This document shows, in pieces, positions 10,280-19,563 of a stretch of DNA of 64,000 nucleotides. Positions within the stretch are counted from its first letter, which is position 1; the number at the start of each line of letters is the position of its first letter. The stretch is taken from positions 1-64,000 of the IMG/VR virus record IMGVR_UViG_3300028626_000002. The stretch is one strand, 5' to 3'. The stretch comes from a virus (Duplodnaviria > Caudoviricetes). The notes under the pieces are model-generated. The model was given only the letters and a program-made list of their open reading frames with translations, made no database searches and had not been told where the DNA came from. The translations under genes were made by a program, and so were the position numbers.

Positions 10280-10800
10280 GGGGCGTCTCCTCCTGAAAGC
10301 TTGAGGCCGAAGAACGCGATCAACAGGGCGTCGGCCCTGCCGTTCGACTTCACCAGGCGCTCGGCCTTGGGGTACATGCGGCGGGCGACCAGCACCGCCC
10401 TCTCCTTCCCGTCCCCGGCCTGCCCTGCCAGCATGGTCTTGGTCCAGGACTGCGCCGTGATCACCCGGCTCGGCTGCCCCAGCCCGGAGAGCATGCCCTC
10501 CAGCATTCCGAAGCCGTAGCCGGTGCTGAACATCGACGTCACGCCCTGTCCTCTCATGGCGTGCTGCTGCTCGTAGACGACGACTCTGGGACGCAGGCGG
10601 GTGATGATGTCGCGGAGGTCGTTCACGAGGTAGCGGTCCTTCTTCCCGTCCTTCCCGCTCTTCGTCTTGCGCCCGGTCTTGACCGTCTCTGTCGGGATGT
10701 CGTCCAGCTCGATGATTTCTCCGTCCTCGTCGAGGGCGGCGTACGCTCCGCTCAGGCCGGGGTCGATGCCCAGAACCGCCACCTTGCTGCGTGTCGGCAC
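10276..10800 (-). CDS. ruvC: RuvC-like Holliday junction resolvase
   Basis: VLGIDPG, VVYE, SMFSTGYGFG, WTK and GRADALLIA motifs of phage RuvC. Confidence 0.9.
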   Translation of the reverse strand: MPTRSKVAVLGIDPGLSGAYAALDEDGEIIELDDIPTETVKTGRKTKSGKDGKKDRYLVNDLRDIITRLRPRVVVYEQQHAMRGQGVTSMFSTGYGFGMLEGMLSGLGQPSRVITAQSWTKTMLAGQAGDGKERAVLVARRMYPKAERLVKSNGRADALLIAFFGLKLSGGDAP

Positions 10801-10921
10801 TTGCCACCTCTCGAGTGTCACCCGGATTTTCTGCTCAAGCTCCCACGTGCTAAGATAGCACTTGTGGTCTTGGCTGAGAGAAGTATTCTCCAGCCAAGTT
10901 GAGGCGTCAAGGGGGAAGTCG

Positions 10922-11074
10922 ATGAAGAAGTTCAGCGCGGCGGCGGCGGACTCTCTGGAGAAGAAGGCGGCCAGCGTCAAGTTCCGGCCGGGTGCGGCCA
11001 AGGTCAACACGAAGAGCATCGAGAACCTGAAGCAGTTCGCCAAGGGCCGCATCAGGAAATTCAAGAAGCGGTAA
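10922..11074 (+). CDS. Small basic protein (50 aa)
   Basis: ATG with GGGGA RBS downstream of the CGTGCTAAGAT motif; contains LEKKAA. Confidence 0.55.
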   Translation: MKKFSAAAADSLEKKAASVKFRPGAAKVNTKSIENLKQFAKGRIRKFKKR

Positions 11075-11126
11075 GCGGCCTTTCGGAGCGGAGCGGCCGT
11101 GGTCTATAATCGCCCAGGAGGGCGGC

Positions 11127-12515
11127 GTGAGCGGCTACCAGGAGTTCCTCAAGCAGGCCACGAAGGATTACGCCCCCGGCCTGCCGTCGAAGAGCCGCAT
11201 CCTTCCGATTCCCGTCGCCTCCGGCCAGACCTGGACGTTCTCCGTACAGCAGCACGACGCTGACCGCGCCGGCCGGCACCTCGACCTCCGGCTGACCGAC
11301 CCCCGGGGCCGTGCCCACAGCTGGGCGCTTCGCGGGGGGCTGCCTGCGCCCGGGCAGAAGGTCGGCATCCACCAGCAGCCCACGCACCGTGGCAGCTACG
11401 CCGGGTGGTCCGGTACCATCGAGTCCGGGTACGGCAAGGGCGACGTGAAGAGCTTGCGGCACGAGCCGGTGGACGTGCTCGAGTCCGGCAGGGATCGGGT
11501 GTCGTTCGTGGTGCCCCGCGGCCGCACTGCCGAGGAGCTGAGCGTCATTCGGGCGGGCAAGGGCTGGCTGCTCGTCAACCACACGACCACCCCAGGGAAG
11601 TTCCCCATCCTTCACCACAAGCCCAAGTACAGGGAGACCGCCTTCGAGGCGGTCAAGCCCGATACCCCCGGCACGGTGCTCGGCGCCAAGATCGACGGTG
11701 CTCACGCCGTCGCTTTCCTCGAGCCCGGGAAGCACCCCAGGCTCTTCTCGTACCGGCAGTCGAAGCGCAATGTGCCTCTCGAGTACACCCACAAGATGAG
11801 CATGGGCTTTCGCACGGCCCGCTGGCCCAAGGGCAAGCCCAGCATGATGGTCCGCGGCGAGGTCTACGCCGTCGACCGTCAGGGGCGCGCTGTGCCCGAG
11901 AACGAGCTGGGTCGCCTGCTCAACTCCACCGTCGAGAAGGCCCAGACCCTCGTCAAGGAGAAGGGCTGGACCATGCGGTTCGCGCCGTTCCAGCTGGAGA
12001 AGGTTCGTGGCCGGTCGAAGACGGACGTGCCGTACCTGGAGCAGCTGGAGGTCCTCAAGACCATCCCCGGTGCCCTCCCGGACACCAAGCTGCCTACCTA
12101 CGCCCTGACGCCCAAGGCCAAGGCCGAGCTGCTGATGGCCATCCGAAGCGGCCGGCTGAAGGAGACCAACGAGGGTGTGGTAGAGTGGGGGCCGAAGGGC
12201 CCAACGAAGGCCAAGATCCGCCCTGACTTCGACGTCTACGTCCGAGAAATGTTCCTCGAGGTCGGTAAGCGCAGGGGGCTGGCCGGGGGGTTCCGGTACA
12301 GCCTGACCCCGAAGGGCCCCATCGTGGGGCGAGTGGGGTCCGGCTTCAGCCACACCCTCAAGAAGTACATGGCCGAGCACCCTGACAGGGTGAAGGGGCT
12401 GGTGGCGCGGGTGAAGGCCCAACACCAGTTCGCCTCGGGCGCGTTGAGGGCGCCGGCGTTCAAGGGTTTCCACCAGGCGAAGAGCGGGCCCAGGGCGGCG
12501 GAGGTTCCTGGATGA
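11127..12515 (+). CDS. LigD-type 3'-phosphoesterase fused to ATP-dependent DNA ligase and OB domain
   Basis: PE motifs QQHDA..RHLDLRL, SWAL, H..Y..W.G.I..GYGKG.V; ligase KIDG, RGEVY, EGVV; OB motif VGRVGSGFS; AGGAGG RBS and upstream TATAAT. Confidence 0.85.
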   Translation: MSGYQEFLKQATKDYAPGLPSKSRILPIPVASGQTWTFSVQQHDADRAGRHLDLRLTDPRGRAHSWALRGGLPAPGQKVGIHQQPTHRGSYAGWSGTIESGYGKGDVKSLRHEPVDVLESGRDRVSFVVPRGRTAEELSVIRAGKGWLLVNHTTTPGKFPILHHKPKYRETAFEAVKPDTPGTVLGAKIDGAHAVAFLEPGKHPRLFSYRQSKRNVPLEYTHKMSMGFRTARWPKGKPSMMVRGEVYAVDRQGRAVPENELGRLLNSTVEKAQTLVKEKGWTMRFAPFQLEKVRGRSKTDVPYLEQLEVLKTIPGALPDTKLPTYALTPKAKAELLMAIRSGRLKETNEGVVEWGPKGPTKAKIRPDFDVYVREMFLEVGKRRGLAGGFRYSLTPKGPIVGRVGSGFSHTLKKYMAEHPDRVKGLVARVKAQHQFASGALRAPAFKGFHQAKSGPRAAEVPG

Positions 12516-13249
12516 CGGATGATCTCGAGGGCTTCGACAAGCAGGCCGACGAGGCACGGGCGGCGGAGGACCTGACCCTCTGGAAGCAGTGGGACCAGAC
12601 CGGTCGCAAGCCCCAGCAGCTCCGACCGCTTCTGACGCGGTTCGAGCCCATGATCATGGACCGGGCCAGGGTGTACACCGGCAAGGACCTGTCCATCCCG
12701 CCGGCAGCTATCGAAGCGGAGCACAAGAAGCAGTTCCTCAAGGCGCTCGAGACCTACGACCCGAAGAAGGGCACGCTGGGCACCCACGTCTACGGGACGC
12801 TCCGGGCGTCGTCGAGGTTCGTGACCACCCACCAGAACTTCGCCCGCATTCCCGAGACCCGCATCTTCAACATCGGCGCGATGAACCGTGCCGTGGCCGT
12901 GCTGGACGCCAAGAACGACCGCCCGCCCACGCCGACCGAGACCGCCAAGTACCTGAAGTGGCGGGTGTCCGATGTTGTCCGGCTGCAGCACGAGATGCGC
13001 AAGGACCTGCGGGCCTCGAAGTTCCCCCTGGAGCTGCACGTGCACCAGCCCAGCCGCGTGCCGCAGGCCATCGGGTTCGTGAAGAAGGAGCTGGCCCCGC
13101 AGGACCGCAAGGTGCTCGCAGGGATCATGCAGAAGGAGAAGATCCGCGAGACCGCGGCCAGGCTGCACATGAGCCCGTCCGCAGTGTCCCGCAGCAAGGT
13201 TCGCATCGCCAAGCGGCTGAAGAGGTACCTCGATGGTCGAAACACCTGA
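12512..13249 (+). CDS. Phage sigma70-family RNA polymerase sigma factor
   Basis: Region 2 (FLKALETYDPKKGTLGTHV), region 3 (RPPTPTETAKYL), region 4 HTH (ETAARLHMSPSAVSRSK). Confidence 0.88.
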   Translation: MTDDLEGFDKQADEARAAEDLTLWKQWDQTGRKPQQLRPLLTRFEPMIMDRARVYTGKDLSIPPAAIEAEHKKQFLKALETYDPKKGTLGTHVYGTLRASSRFVTTHQNFARIPETRIFNIGAMNRAVAVLDAKNDRPPTPTETAKYLKWRVSDVVRLQHEMRKDLRASKFPLELHVHQPSRVPQAIGFVKKELAPQDRKVLAGIMQKEKIRETAARLHMSPSAVSRSKVRIAKRLKRYLDGRNT

Positions 13250-13544
13250 CGCCGGCAGCGTGGGCGGGAGCATCTCGTCGGACGACGCCTCCAAGGCCGC
13301 GGCGGAGGCGCAGGCGAAGGCTGACGAGGAGGCCCGGCAGAGGCAGATCGAGGCCAAGGCCCTGGTGTGGCGGGCGGAGACGCAGAAGGACGTGGTCGCG
13401 AAGAAGAAGGCCCTGGCCGAGGAGCTCGCGGAGACCAAGGAGGTCCAGGCGAAGGCCGTGTACGCGGACACCCTGCGCCGGGCGAAGGAGGCCGAGAACG
13501 AGGCCAACTGGCTGATCGCGAAGGCCGGAGGAGTGCTGACATGA
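13233..13544 (+). CDS. Hypothetical coiled-coil protein
   Basis: 103 aa Ala/Glu/Lys-rich, GAGG RBS, overlaps both neighbours. Confidence 0.7.
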   Translation: MVETPDAGSVGGSISSDDASKAAAEAQAKADEEARQRQIEAKALVWRAETQKDVVAKKKALAEELAETKEVQAKAVYADTLRRAKEAENEANWLIAKAGGVLT

Positions 13545-15037
13545 GGGTCGCCATCAAGCAGGACCCGTACTTCCGGGCCATGTACTGCAGCCAGCTGGAG
13601 GAGATCGCCGGGCTGCGGCTGGACGTCTACTACGCGGACAACCCCACCCCCGTCGAGACGGTTACGCCCGTCCCGAGCGTGGAGGCCCCTGGGCTGCAGT
13701 CGGCCTCTATCACGTTCGAGAACACGGGCACCTACCGTCTGCACTGGCGGGCGACGGACCCCGGGTTCTCCGTGTGGGATGAGGTCAACGTCATCGCCAG
13801 CGCCGACGTGCCGTACACGGCCGTCTCGACGTTCGCCGTGGGCTCCCCGTGGTACGGGACGTTCCCCATCGGCTCTCACGGTACACCCATCTACGCCGAG
13901 GTGCGCGCGCCCGACATGAGCGTGGTCACCCACGATGTGGCGGACAGCGGCGTCATCACCCACCCGGCGCCCGACCAGTGGCCCATCCTCCTGACTACCG
14001 ACAACGTGAACCTCGTCGAGCACGGGGTGTGCGTCGGCGATACGGTGGTGCTGGGCCCCGAGGCGGGCGACACGGTCTACGTCCAGTCGGTGACCTCCCC
14101 GTCCGCCATGCTCCTCACGAGCGACGCCGTCGACGTCCCGGCGGAGGGCGCCGCGGACTTCACCGTGGCCGCCTCGGCGTTCGGCGCCACGGAGGCTGAC
14201 CCGAACTTCCGGTTCGTCGATCCGGCGGTACCCCGGACTTCCGGCGGGTACCTCATCCGCTGGTACGAGGGCGGCGAGCCCCTCATCTCGCGGTTCATCG
14301 GTTACATCGCGCAGGACTTCTTCTTCTCGTCCGACCTGCGCCCCGTCACCATCGCGCTGAAGAACCCGCAGGGTCAGCCCCTGCCCAACGTCTACGTCAC
14401 CCTGACGAGTGACGGCGGCACGTGGTCCGTGACCCGCCTGACCGACGCTGGCGGCATGGCCTACTACCAGGTCGCCCAGGGGGGCTACTACGTCACGCTG
14501 ACGGACATCGAGCACCCGGACCGGGTGTTCGACTCCAACAACATGGCCATCACCGTGACGGGCACGCTGGAGGGCGAGCCCGTGTACGACGAGCAGGGCA
14601 ACCTCGTCCCCCAGATGCCGGACAACCCGACGTGGGTCTACACGGTCAGCTGGCTGGATCTGCCGAGCCCCGTGGTGCCGACGTTGGCGGTGCCGTCGGC
14701 GCGCAGGTCGTGGATGCACGTCGCCGTGGCGACCGGCCCCTCCGGCGTGCCGGCGCAGTTCCGTCGGTTCGTGGTGGAGCTGCTGACCCCCGTTCGGCTG
14801 GACAACGGCTTCATTATCACGAGCGGTTCCTCCACGTACTCGCTCGATTCCGCTGGCCTGGCCAGCATCCCGCTGGTGCGGGGGTCGCGGGTGCGGGTGT
14901 CGTTCTCGCAGGCCCCGCTCGCGATGACCTTCAACGTCCCGGACCAGGCGGACTTCAACCTGGTGGACATGGAGTCGAGCGATCCGTTCGGGGTGACCCT
15001 GCCGAAGGTGTTCTACCCCTACAGGTGCTCGCCATGA
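13541..15037 (+). CDS. Virion structural protein with carboxypeptidase-regulatory/prealbumin-like beta domain
   Basis: Start at MRVAIKQDPYF (GGAGG RBS); GQPLPNVYVTL...TDAGG...GGYYVT pattern. Confidence 0.6.
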   Translation: MRVAIKQDPYFRAMYCSQLEEIAGLRLDVYYADNPTPVETVTPVPSVEAPGLQSASITFENTGTYRLHWRATDPGFSVWDEVNVIASADVPYTAVSTFAVGSPWYGTFPIGSHGTPIYAEVRAPDMSVVTHDVADSGVITHPAPDQWPILLTTDNVNLVEHGVCVGDTVVLGPEAGDTVYVQSVTSPSAMLLTSDAVDVPAEGAADFTVAASAFGATEADPNFRFVDPAVPRTSGGYLIRWYEGGEPLISRFIGYIAQDFFFSSDLRPVTIALKNPQGQPLPNVYVTLTSDGGTWSVTRLTDAGGMAYYQVAQGGYYVTLTDIEHPDRVFDSNNMAITVTGTLEGEPVYDEQGNLVPQMPDNPTWVYTVSWLDLPSPVVPTLAVPSARRSWMHVAVATGPSGVPAQFRRFVVELLTPVRLDNGFIITSGSSTYSLDSAGLASIPLVRGSRVRVSFSQAPLAMTFNVPDQADFNLVDMESSDPFGVTLPKVFYPYRCSP

Positions 15038-15540
15038 CGATGACGTGGTTTGCCCTTCTGGGGTCGATCCTGGTGCTCGGTGGTGGAGAGCGGGCACCGG
15101 CCGTAGAACCCGAGGGACAGGTTGCAGTTGTGGCAGAGCACTCTGTACCCGGGCGGGTAGCCCTCTTTGCGCAGTCGGTACGCCAGGTCCGTGCTCCTCT
15201 CTCGACCGTAGGAGGCCATGCGCACGTTCTCGCCGTTGATGTGGTCCAGGGAGAGGTGTTCTGCCGGGTGCGGTCCGCACTGCTGCCCGCCGTGGTCGCA
15301 GGAGCACACCAGTCCGCCGTACGCGTTCAGGGCCTCGAGTCTGACGTCACGCGCCTTTTGGGCGCACCGCTCCCGGTAGAGTGTCCGCTTATCCGGGTTG
15401 CGCGCGAGCCATTCCTTCTTCTTGCTCGCGCGCTTGCGCCCCCGTTCCCGTTCACGCTCAACCCACTCGGGATCCTTCCGGTGGGTGTGGTAGTACGCAC
15501 GTGCGTATGCCCTGGCAGCGGACCGGGCCTCCTCAGTCAT
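15019..15540 (-). CDS. Free-standing HNH endonuclease
   Basis: AYGG..C.C...LSLDHING...YRVLCHNCN; GGAGG RBS; antisense to the structural operon. Confidence 0.88.
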   Translation of the reverse strand: MTEEARSAARAYARAYYHTHRKDPEWVERERERGRKRASKKKEWLARNPDKRTLYRERCAQKARDVRLEALNAYGGLVCSCDHGGQQCGPHPAEHLSLDHINGENVRMASYGRERSTDLAYRLRKEGYPPGYRVLCHNCNLSLGFYGRCPLSTTEHQDRPQKGKPRHRHGEHL

Positions 15541-15617
15541 CGTGGCACCTCCTCACGAGGAGGATACCTCGATGGTCTTTCCGCTGTCAACGTGGTACCG
15601 TGTGGTTGGAGGCTGTC

Positions 15618-16523
15618 ATGATCACGACCGTCGCGTTCCTGGACACTCAGGTGGTGCCTCAGCCGGTGGAGGGCGTGCAGGCCAAGCTGTACCAGGGCAC
15701 GACGTTCATCACCGCGGCGACCACTGGCCCCTCCGGTGTCCTCACCTGGGACCTCGCCGCCGGCAACTACGACATGATCGTGTCCCTGCCCGGCCGCCCC
15801 GGGTACAGCGTCACGAACCCCTACAGGCTCGCAGTGCTTGGGCCGCCCAACACCAACAGCTTTCAGGTCAGCGTCGAGCTGTACCAGCTCCCCGTGTCGG
15901 ACGACCCCACCAACTTCTGCCGCTGCTCCGGGTTCGTCAACACGCTGAGCGGGGACAGGTTCAACGGCGTCATCCGGTTCTACCTGGACGAGGCCCCCCA
16001 GCTGTTCCTCGACCCCTCCGGGTTCCCTCTCGCGGGGCTGGGCGACCACGTGGACTGCGACATCTTCCGGGGCTACGCCGAGGTCAACCTCATCCGCGGT
16101 GCCCGGTACCGGGTGGACATCCCGGGCTTCCGATCCACCGAGTGGTTCGTGCGCATCCCCGAGCGCTCGTCGGCGCACCTGCCAGACGTGCTGTTCCCCG
16201 TGCCACTGTCGGTGGACTTCACCCTGACGGACCTGTCCATCGCCGTGGGCGAGATCCGTACGCTTCACCCCAGCGTGACGTTCCGCAGCGGGGTGGTCGT
16301 GTCCGGCGCCGACCTCGAGCAGGCGGACTGCTGGCCTGTCACGTTCAGCGTCGACAACCCGGAGGTGGTCAGTGTCACCGCTCGAGCCGATGGTTCTCTT
16401 GAGGTTGCCGGGATCGCAGCGGGCTCGGCCGTCGTCACGGCGAGTCGGTACGTTGGTGACGACACGCTTCTCGTTCGGCCCGCGCCCGGAGTTTCAGGGG
16501 AGCTCGACGTCACGGTCGGCTGA
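15618..16523 (+). CDS. Structural protein with prealbumin-like and C-terminal Ig-like (Big_2) domains
   Basis: PVEGVQAKLY...TTGPSG; VTFSVDNPEVVSV...GIAAGSAVVTA; GGAGG RBS. Confidence 0.7.
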   Translation: MITTVAFLDTQVVPQPVEGVQAKLYQGTTFITAATTGPSGVLTWDLAAGNYDMIVSLPGRPGYSVTNPYRLAVLGPPNTNSFQVSVELYQLPVSDDPTNFCRCSGFVNTLSGDRFNGVIRFYLDEAPQLFLDPSGFPLAGLGDHVDCDIFRGYAEVNLIRGARYRVDIPGFRSTEWFVRIPERSSAHLPDVLFPVPLSVDFTLTDLSIAVGEIRTLHPSVTFRSGVVVSGADLEQADCWPVTFSVDNPEVVSVTARADGSLEVAGIAAGSAVVTASRYVGDDTLLVRPAPGVSGELDVTVG

Positions 16524-16527
16524 CGGC

Positions 16528-16776
16528 GTGGACGGCAGCTTGGAGCTGTTCCAGGTCATGCTGGTCGACGCCATCCACCTGTTCGTGCGAGCGAGGGGCG
16601 ACCAGGGGCGGGCGGAGGAGTGGGAGGAGGTGAGGGACTGGTTCATGGACGACGACAGGGACGCCGGCAGCTACCGGCACACCTGCGAGTGCCTGGACCT
16701 GCCCTACACCCAGCTGAGGGAATACGTCCTCCAGGCACGGCCGGAGGACCTGGCGGAGCTGAAGCTCGATGTCTGA
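16528..16776 (+). CDS. Hypothetical phage protein
   Basis: 82 aa; WF.....GSY..TC..LDL pattern; overlaps the next gene. Confidence 0.6.
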   Translation: MDGSLELFQVMLVDAIHLFVRARGDQGRAEEWEEVRDWFMDDDRDAGSYRHTCECLDLPYTQLREYVLQARPEDLAELKLDV

Positions 16777-18580
16777 CTTGACCGAAGCCCTGGACGGCGC
16801 GACGGGTGAGAGCGCTCTCCAGGACAACGTCTCCCGCATCCGCACGGCGGCGGCCTACTTCCTGCTGACCGACGGCGACGCCACCTTGCACATGGTGCGG
16901 TACCTCTACAAGTTCATCCTCGCGGACATCGACACGGCCGTGGGCTACCTCGAGCAGATGCAGGACATCCTCTACACGAGGATCACCCCGGGCGCGACGG
17001 TGGACTTCTCCCAGGACGTCGAGGATCTCGGCCGCCTGAACAGCACGCGCACCCAGATCGGCACCATCGTGCTGAACCGCATTCTCGCGCACATCGACGA
17101 GGCCGGCGCCGCGGTCAACGGGGTGCAGCTCGACTCGCTGGTTGCCCGGATGACTTCCATCCGCCCCGGGTTGGACACCGCTCTGTCCCGCATGGCCGAA
17201 GGTGCCGGGTACCTCATGGCGAGCCTGGGGTACCCGCTTGACGCGGCGGAGGTGTACTACACGACCACCCGCTCTCGCGTGGCGCAGGGCTACCTGAGCA
17301 GTGCTCAGCAGTTGGCCTCCGAGGGGCGTTACGACGAGGCCATGCGCTACATGGCGGCATCAGCTGCAGGCCTGATCATTCCCGCCGGGGTGACCCCTGG
17401 CGTCAAGAGCCCCGTCGCCGTGACCCCGAGCCCCGCGGGCGCTCGACCCATCGAGGTCACTGGCACGTCCCCCGTGTTCCCGCTGTTCAACGACAACGCC
17501 TCGTTGACGCTGGACCTGGAGATTGACGGCGTGGCCCTGAGCCTGCCGTTCCCGCCCTCCATCGCGGCCGAGGCCGTGACGGTACCGCTGCCCGCCAGCA
17601 TCACGTTCGCTGTGGACGCGTACGAGGTGCTGGACTACCCCGGCGGGCCCATGACCGCGGCTTTCCCTGCTGGTACGTACACCCCGGGTCAGGTGCGGGT
17701 GATCTTGGCCGCGGTCAGCCCGTACGGCGCCACCCTGGACGCCAACAACGCCGTTCACGTGGTCGGGGCGCGCGGACCCGGCGCATTCTTTGCCGTGGAC
17801 GAGGGCGCCTCGACCGCAGACGCCGTCCTCCAGATGTCGTGCTACCCGGGCAGGGATGTCACGGTGCACGACGTGACGGAGTTGTGGGCCGGAACGCCTG
17901 GCGTCACCTTGAGTGACACCGGCGGGGTGGCCACCCTCACGGCGGAGAACTGCATCGAGCTCGACCTGCCCGCTGGCCCCGTCCAGGCGTTGCTGGCGCT
18001 GCCGGTCGACACCTATATCGCCTACACGGACAGGGTGGTCGGCACCGGGCTTACGGTGGGCGACGTGGTGTACGGGGATGATCCTCACGTGGGCGCCGAG
18101 GTGCTGCGGCGCTACGACGGGTTCTGGCTGCTCAAGGAGTTCATCCGCGTACCCGAGGGTGGGCAGTTGACGGTCTCGGTGCCCGCGGCCGCGCAGCACC
18201 AGGCCATTGTGCAGGTGCTCAGTGAGGCCGAGTCGGTCGCTGCCTTCGCGTACTTCAAGAACGGTTTCCCCGACCAGGCCTGGAACAAGGCGGTGTATCT
18301 CCTGCCGCTGGCCGACCGCAGCGAGGCGCTGAACTTCGTCGCGGGCACCATCAGCCAGCTGGAGCAGCTCAAGACGACGCTGCAGACCTACACTCCGACA
18401 CCCGTTCCGGACGTCGACAAGTTGTTCGACCGCATGACCCGGTACGGGCTGGACCTTGCCGCGTGGTATCTTGCGACGTTGCAGCTCGACCTGTTCTTCA
18501 ACGCGCCGACGTCGCAGCTGTCGAGCATCGGTAGGATCGCAGCCCTCGGCAGGGACGTCATGTCCAGCCTGGAGGGGTAG
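16769..18580 (+). CDS. Virion/baseplate structural protein (603 aa)
   Basis: Long ORF with typical codon usage inside the baseplate block. Confidence 0.65.
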   Translation: MSDLTEALDGATGESALQDNVSRIRTAAAYFLLTDGDATLHMVRYLYKFILADIDTAVGYLEQMQDILYTRITPGATVDFSQDVEDLGRLNSTRTQIGTIVLNRILAHIDEAGAAVNGVQLDSLVARMTSIRPGLDTALSRMAEGAGYLMASLGYPLDAAEVYYTTTRSRVAQGYLSSAQQLASEGRYDEAMRYMAASAAGLIIPAGVTPGVKSPVAVTPSPAGARPIEVTGTSPVFPLFNDNASLTLDLEIDGVALSLPFPPSIAAEAVTVPLPASITFAVDAYEVLDYPGGPMTAAFPAGTYTPGQVRVILAAVSPYGATLDANNAVHVVGARGPGAFFAVDEGASTADAVLQMSCYPGRDVTVHDVTELWAGTPGVTLSDTGGVATLTAENCIELDLPAGPVQALLALPVDTYIAYTDRVVGTGLTVGDVVYGDDPHVGAEVLRRYDGFWLLKEFIRVPEGGQLTVSVPAAAQHQAIVQVLSEAESVAAFAYFKNGFPDQAWNKAVYLLPLADRSEALNFVAGTISQLEQLKTTLQTYTPTPVPDVDKLFDRMTRYGLDLAAWYLATLQLDLFFNAPTSQLSSIGRIAALGRDVMSSLEG

Positions 18581-18589
18581 AGGTGGCCT

Positions 18590-18853
18590 GTGGCTGACGC
18601 AGAAGAGTGTAGGGGCGTTGCCGACACCACGCTGAGCGCCGTCGCGGACCAGCTGGCGTTCCTCGAGGGCGAGCAGATCACCGAGGAAGGCCGCACCCTG
18701 TCGGTGGGCGTGAACATGGATCGGCGCCTGAGCGAGGACATCAGCGTTGCGACCGACGGGCGCGGCATTCGCCCGTCGCAGACCCAGGTGCAGGACATGC
18801 GGCTTGCCGCGGTGGATGCTATTCTGCTGGCGGCCGGTCTCGAGGTGGCGTGA
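18590..18853 (+). CDS. Hypothetical protein
   Basis: 87 aa, GAGG RBS, coupled to the next gene. Confidence 0.6.
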   Translation: MADAEECRGVADTTLSAVADQLAFLEGEQITEEGRTLSVGVNMDRRLSEDISVATDGRGIRPSQTQVQDMRLAAVDAILLAAGLEVA

Positions 18854-19563
18854 TGAAGGACCTCTGCTTCCTCCGGTACAAGAAGCTGGCGCAGGTCGGC
18901 AACGTCAGCATTGTGCGGCAGGAGGTCACGTACCTGCTGGTGCAGAGCTCCTCCGACATGACGTACACGCTGGACGTCCGAGTTGGGGTGACGAGGGCCG
19001 ATGGCAGCGTGGTGTCCTACCCGTCCCCGCGGTTCGAGGTGCAGGATCCGCACATGGTCAAGGCGTTCCTGCCTGTTCAGCTGCTGACCCAGAACCGAAC
19101 AGACCCCATCACCACCGTCGACGTCTACGTGGACGTGCCCGAGTCCTCGGAATCCGACGACCTGGAGTTCGCACTCACCCACGACATGCGCGCAGGGCAG
19201 GCCAAGCTCGTCCAGACGTACATCAAGCTGCTGTTCACCAAGCCTGGCAGCGACAAGTTCGACATGGACTCCGGCGGGGGACTGAAGCAGGCCATCCAGG
19301 GTGTCTCCCTGGACCAGCCCTCCATGGTCGCCGGCGTGGTCACCGGCGCGGTGCAGCGCACCACCCAGCAGATCATCGCCGACCAGAACGGCCTCAGCCT
19401 TCCGCCCGAGGAGATGTTGGTCAGCGCCAAGGCCATCGAGGTGACTACCGACAAGACTTCCCTCAGTGTTACCATCAGCTTGCTCATCCTGTCGCGTGGC
19501 GGTACCGCGCAGGTGACGTTCACGGCCGCCAGCGAGCAGGCCCTGGGAGGGGGTGACGCATGA
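18850..19563 (+). CDS. Baseplate wedge/sheath initiator (gp25/GPW-like C-terminal domain)
   Basis: G.AKLVQ..IKLLFT.PGSD.F....GGGL motif; directly precedes the baseplate-J-like gene. Confidence 0.75.
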   Translation: MMKDLCFLRYKKLAQVGNVSIVRQEVTYLLVQSSSDMTYTLDVRVGVTRADGSVVSYPSPRFEVQDPHMVKAFLPVQLLTQNRTDPITTVDVYVDVPESSESDDLEFALTHDMRAGQAKLVQTYIKLLFTKPGSDKFDMDSGGGLKQAIQGVSLDQPSMVAGVVTGAVQRTTQQIIADQNGLSLPPEEMLVSAKAIEVTTDKTSLSVTISLLILSRGGTAQVTFTAASEQALGGGDA

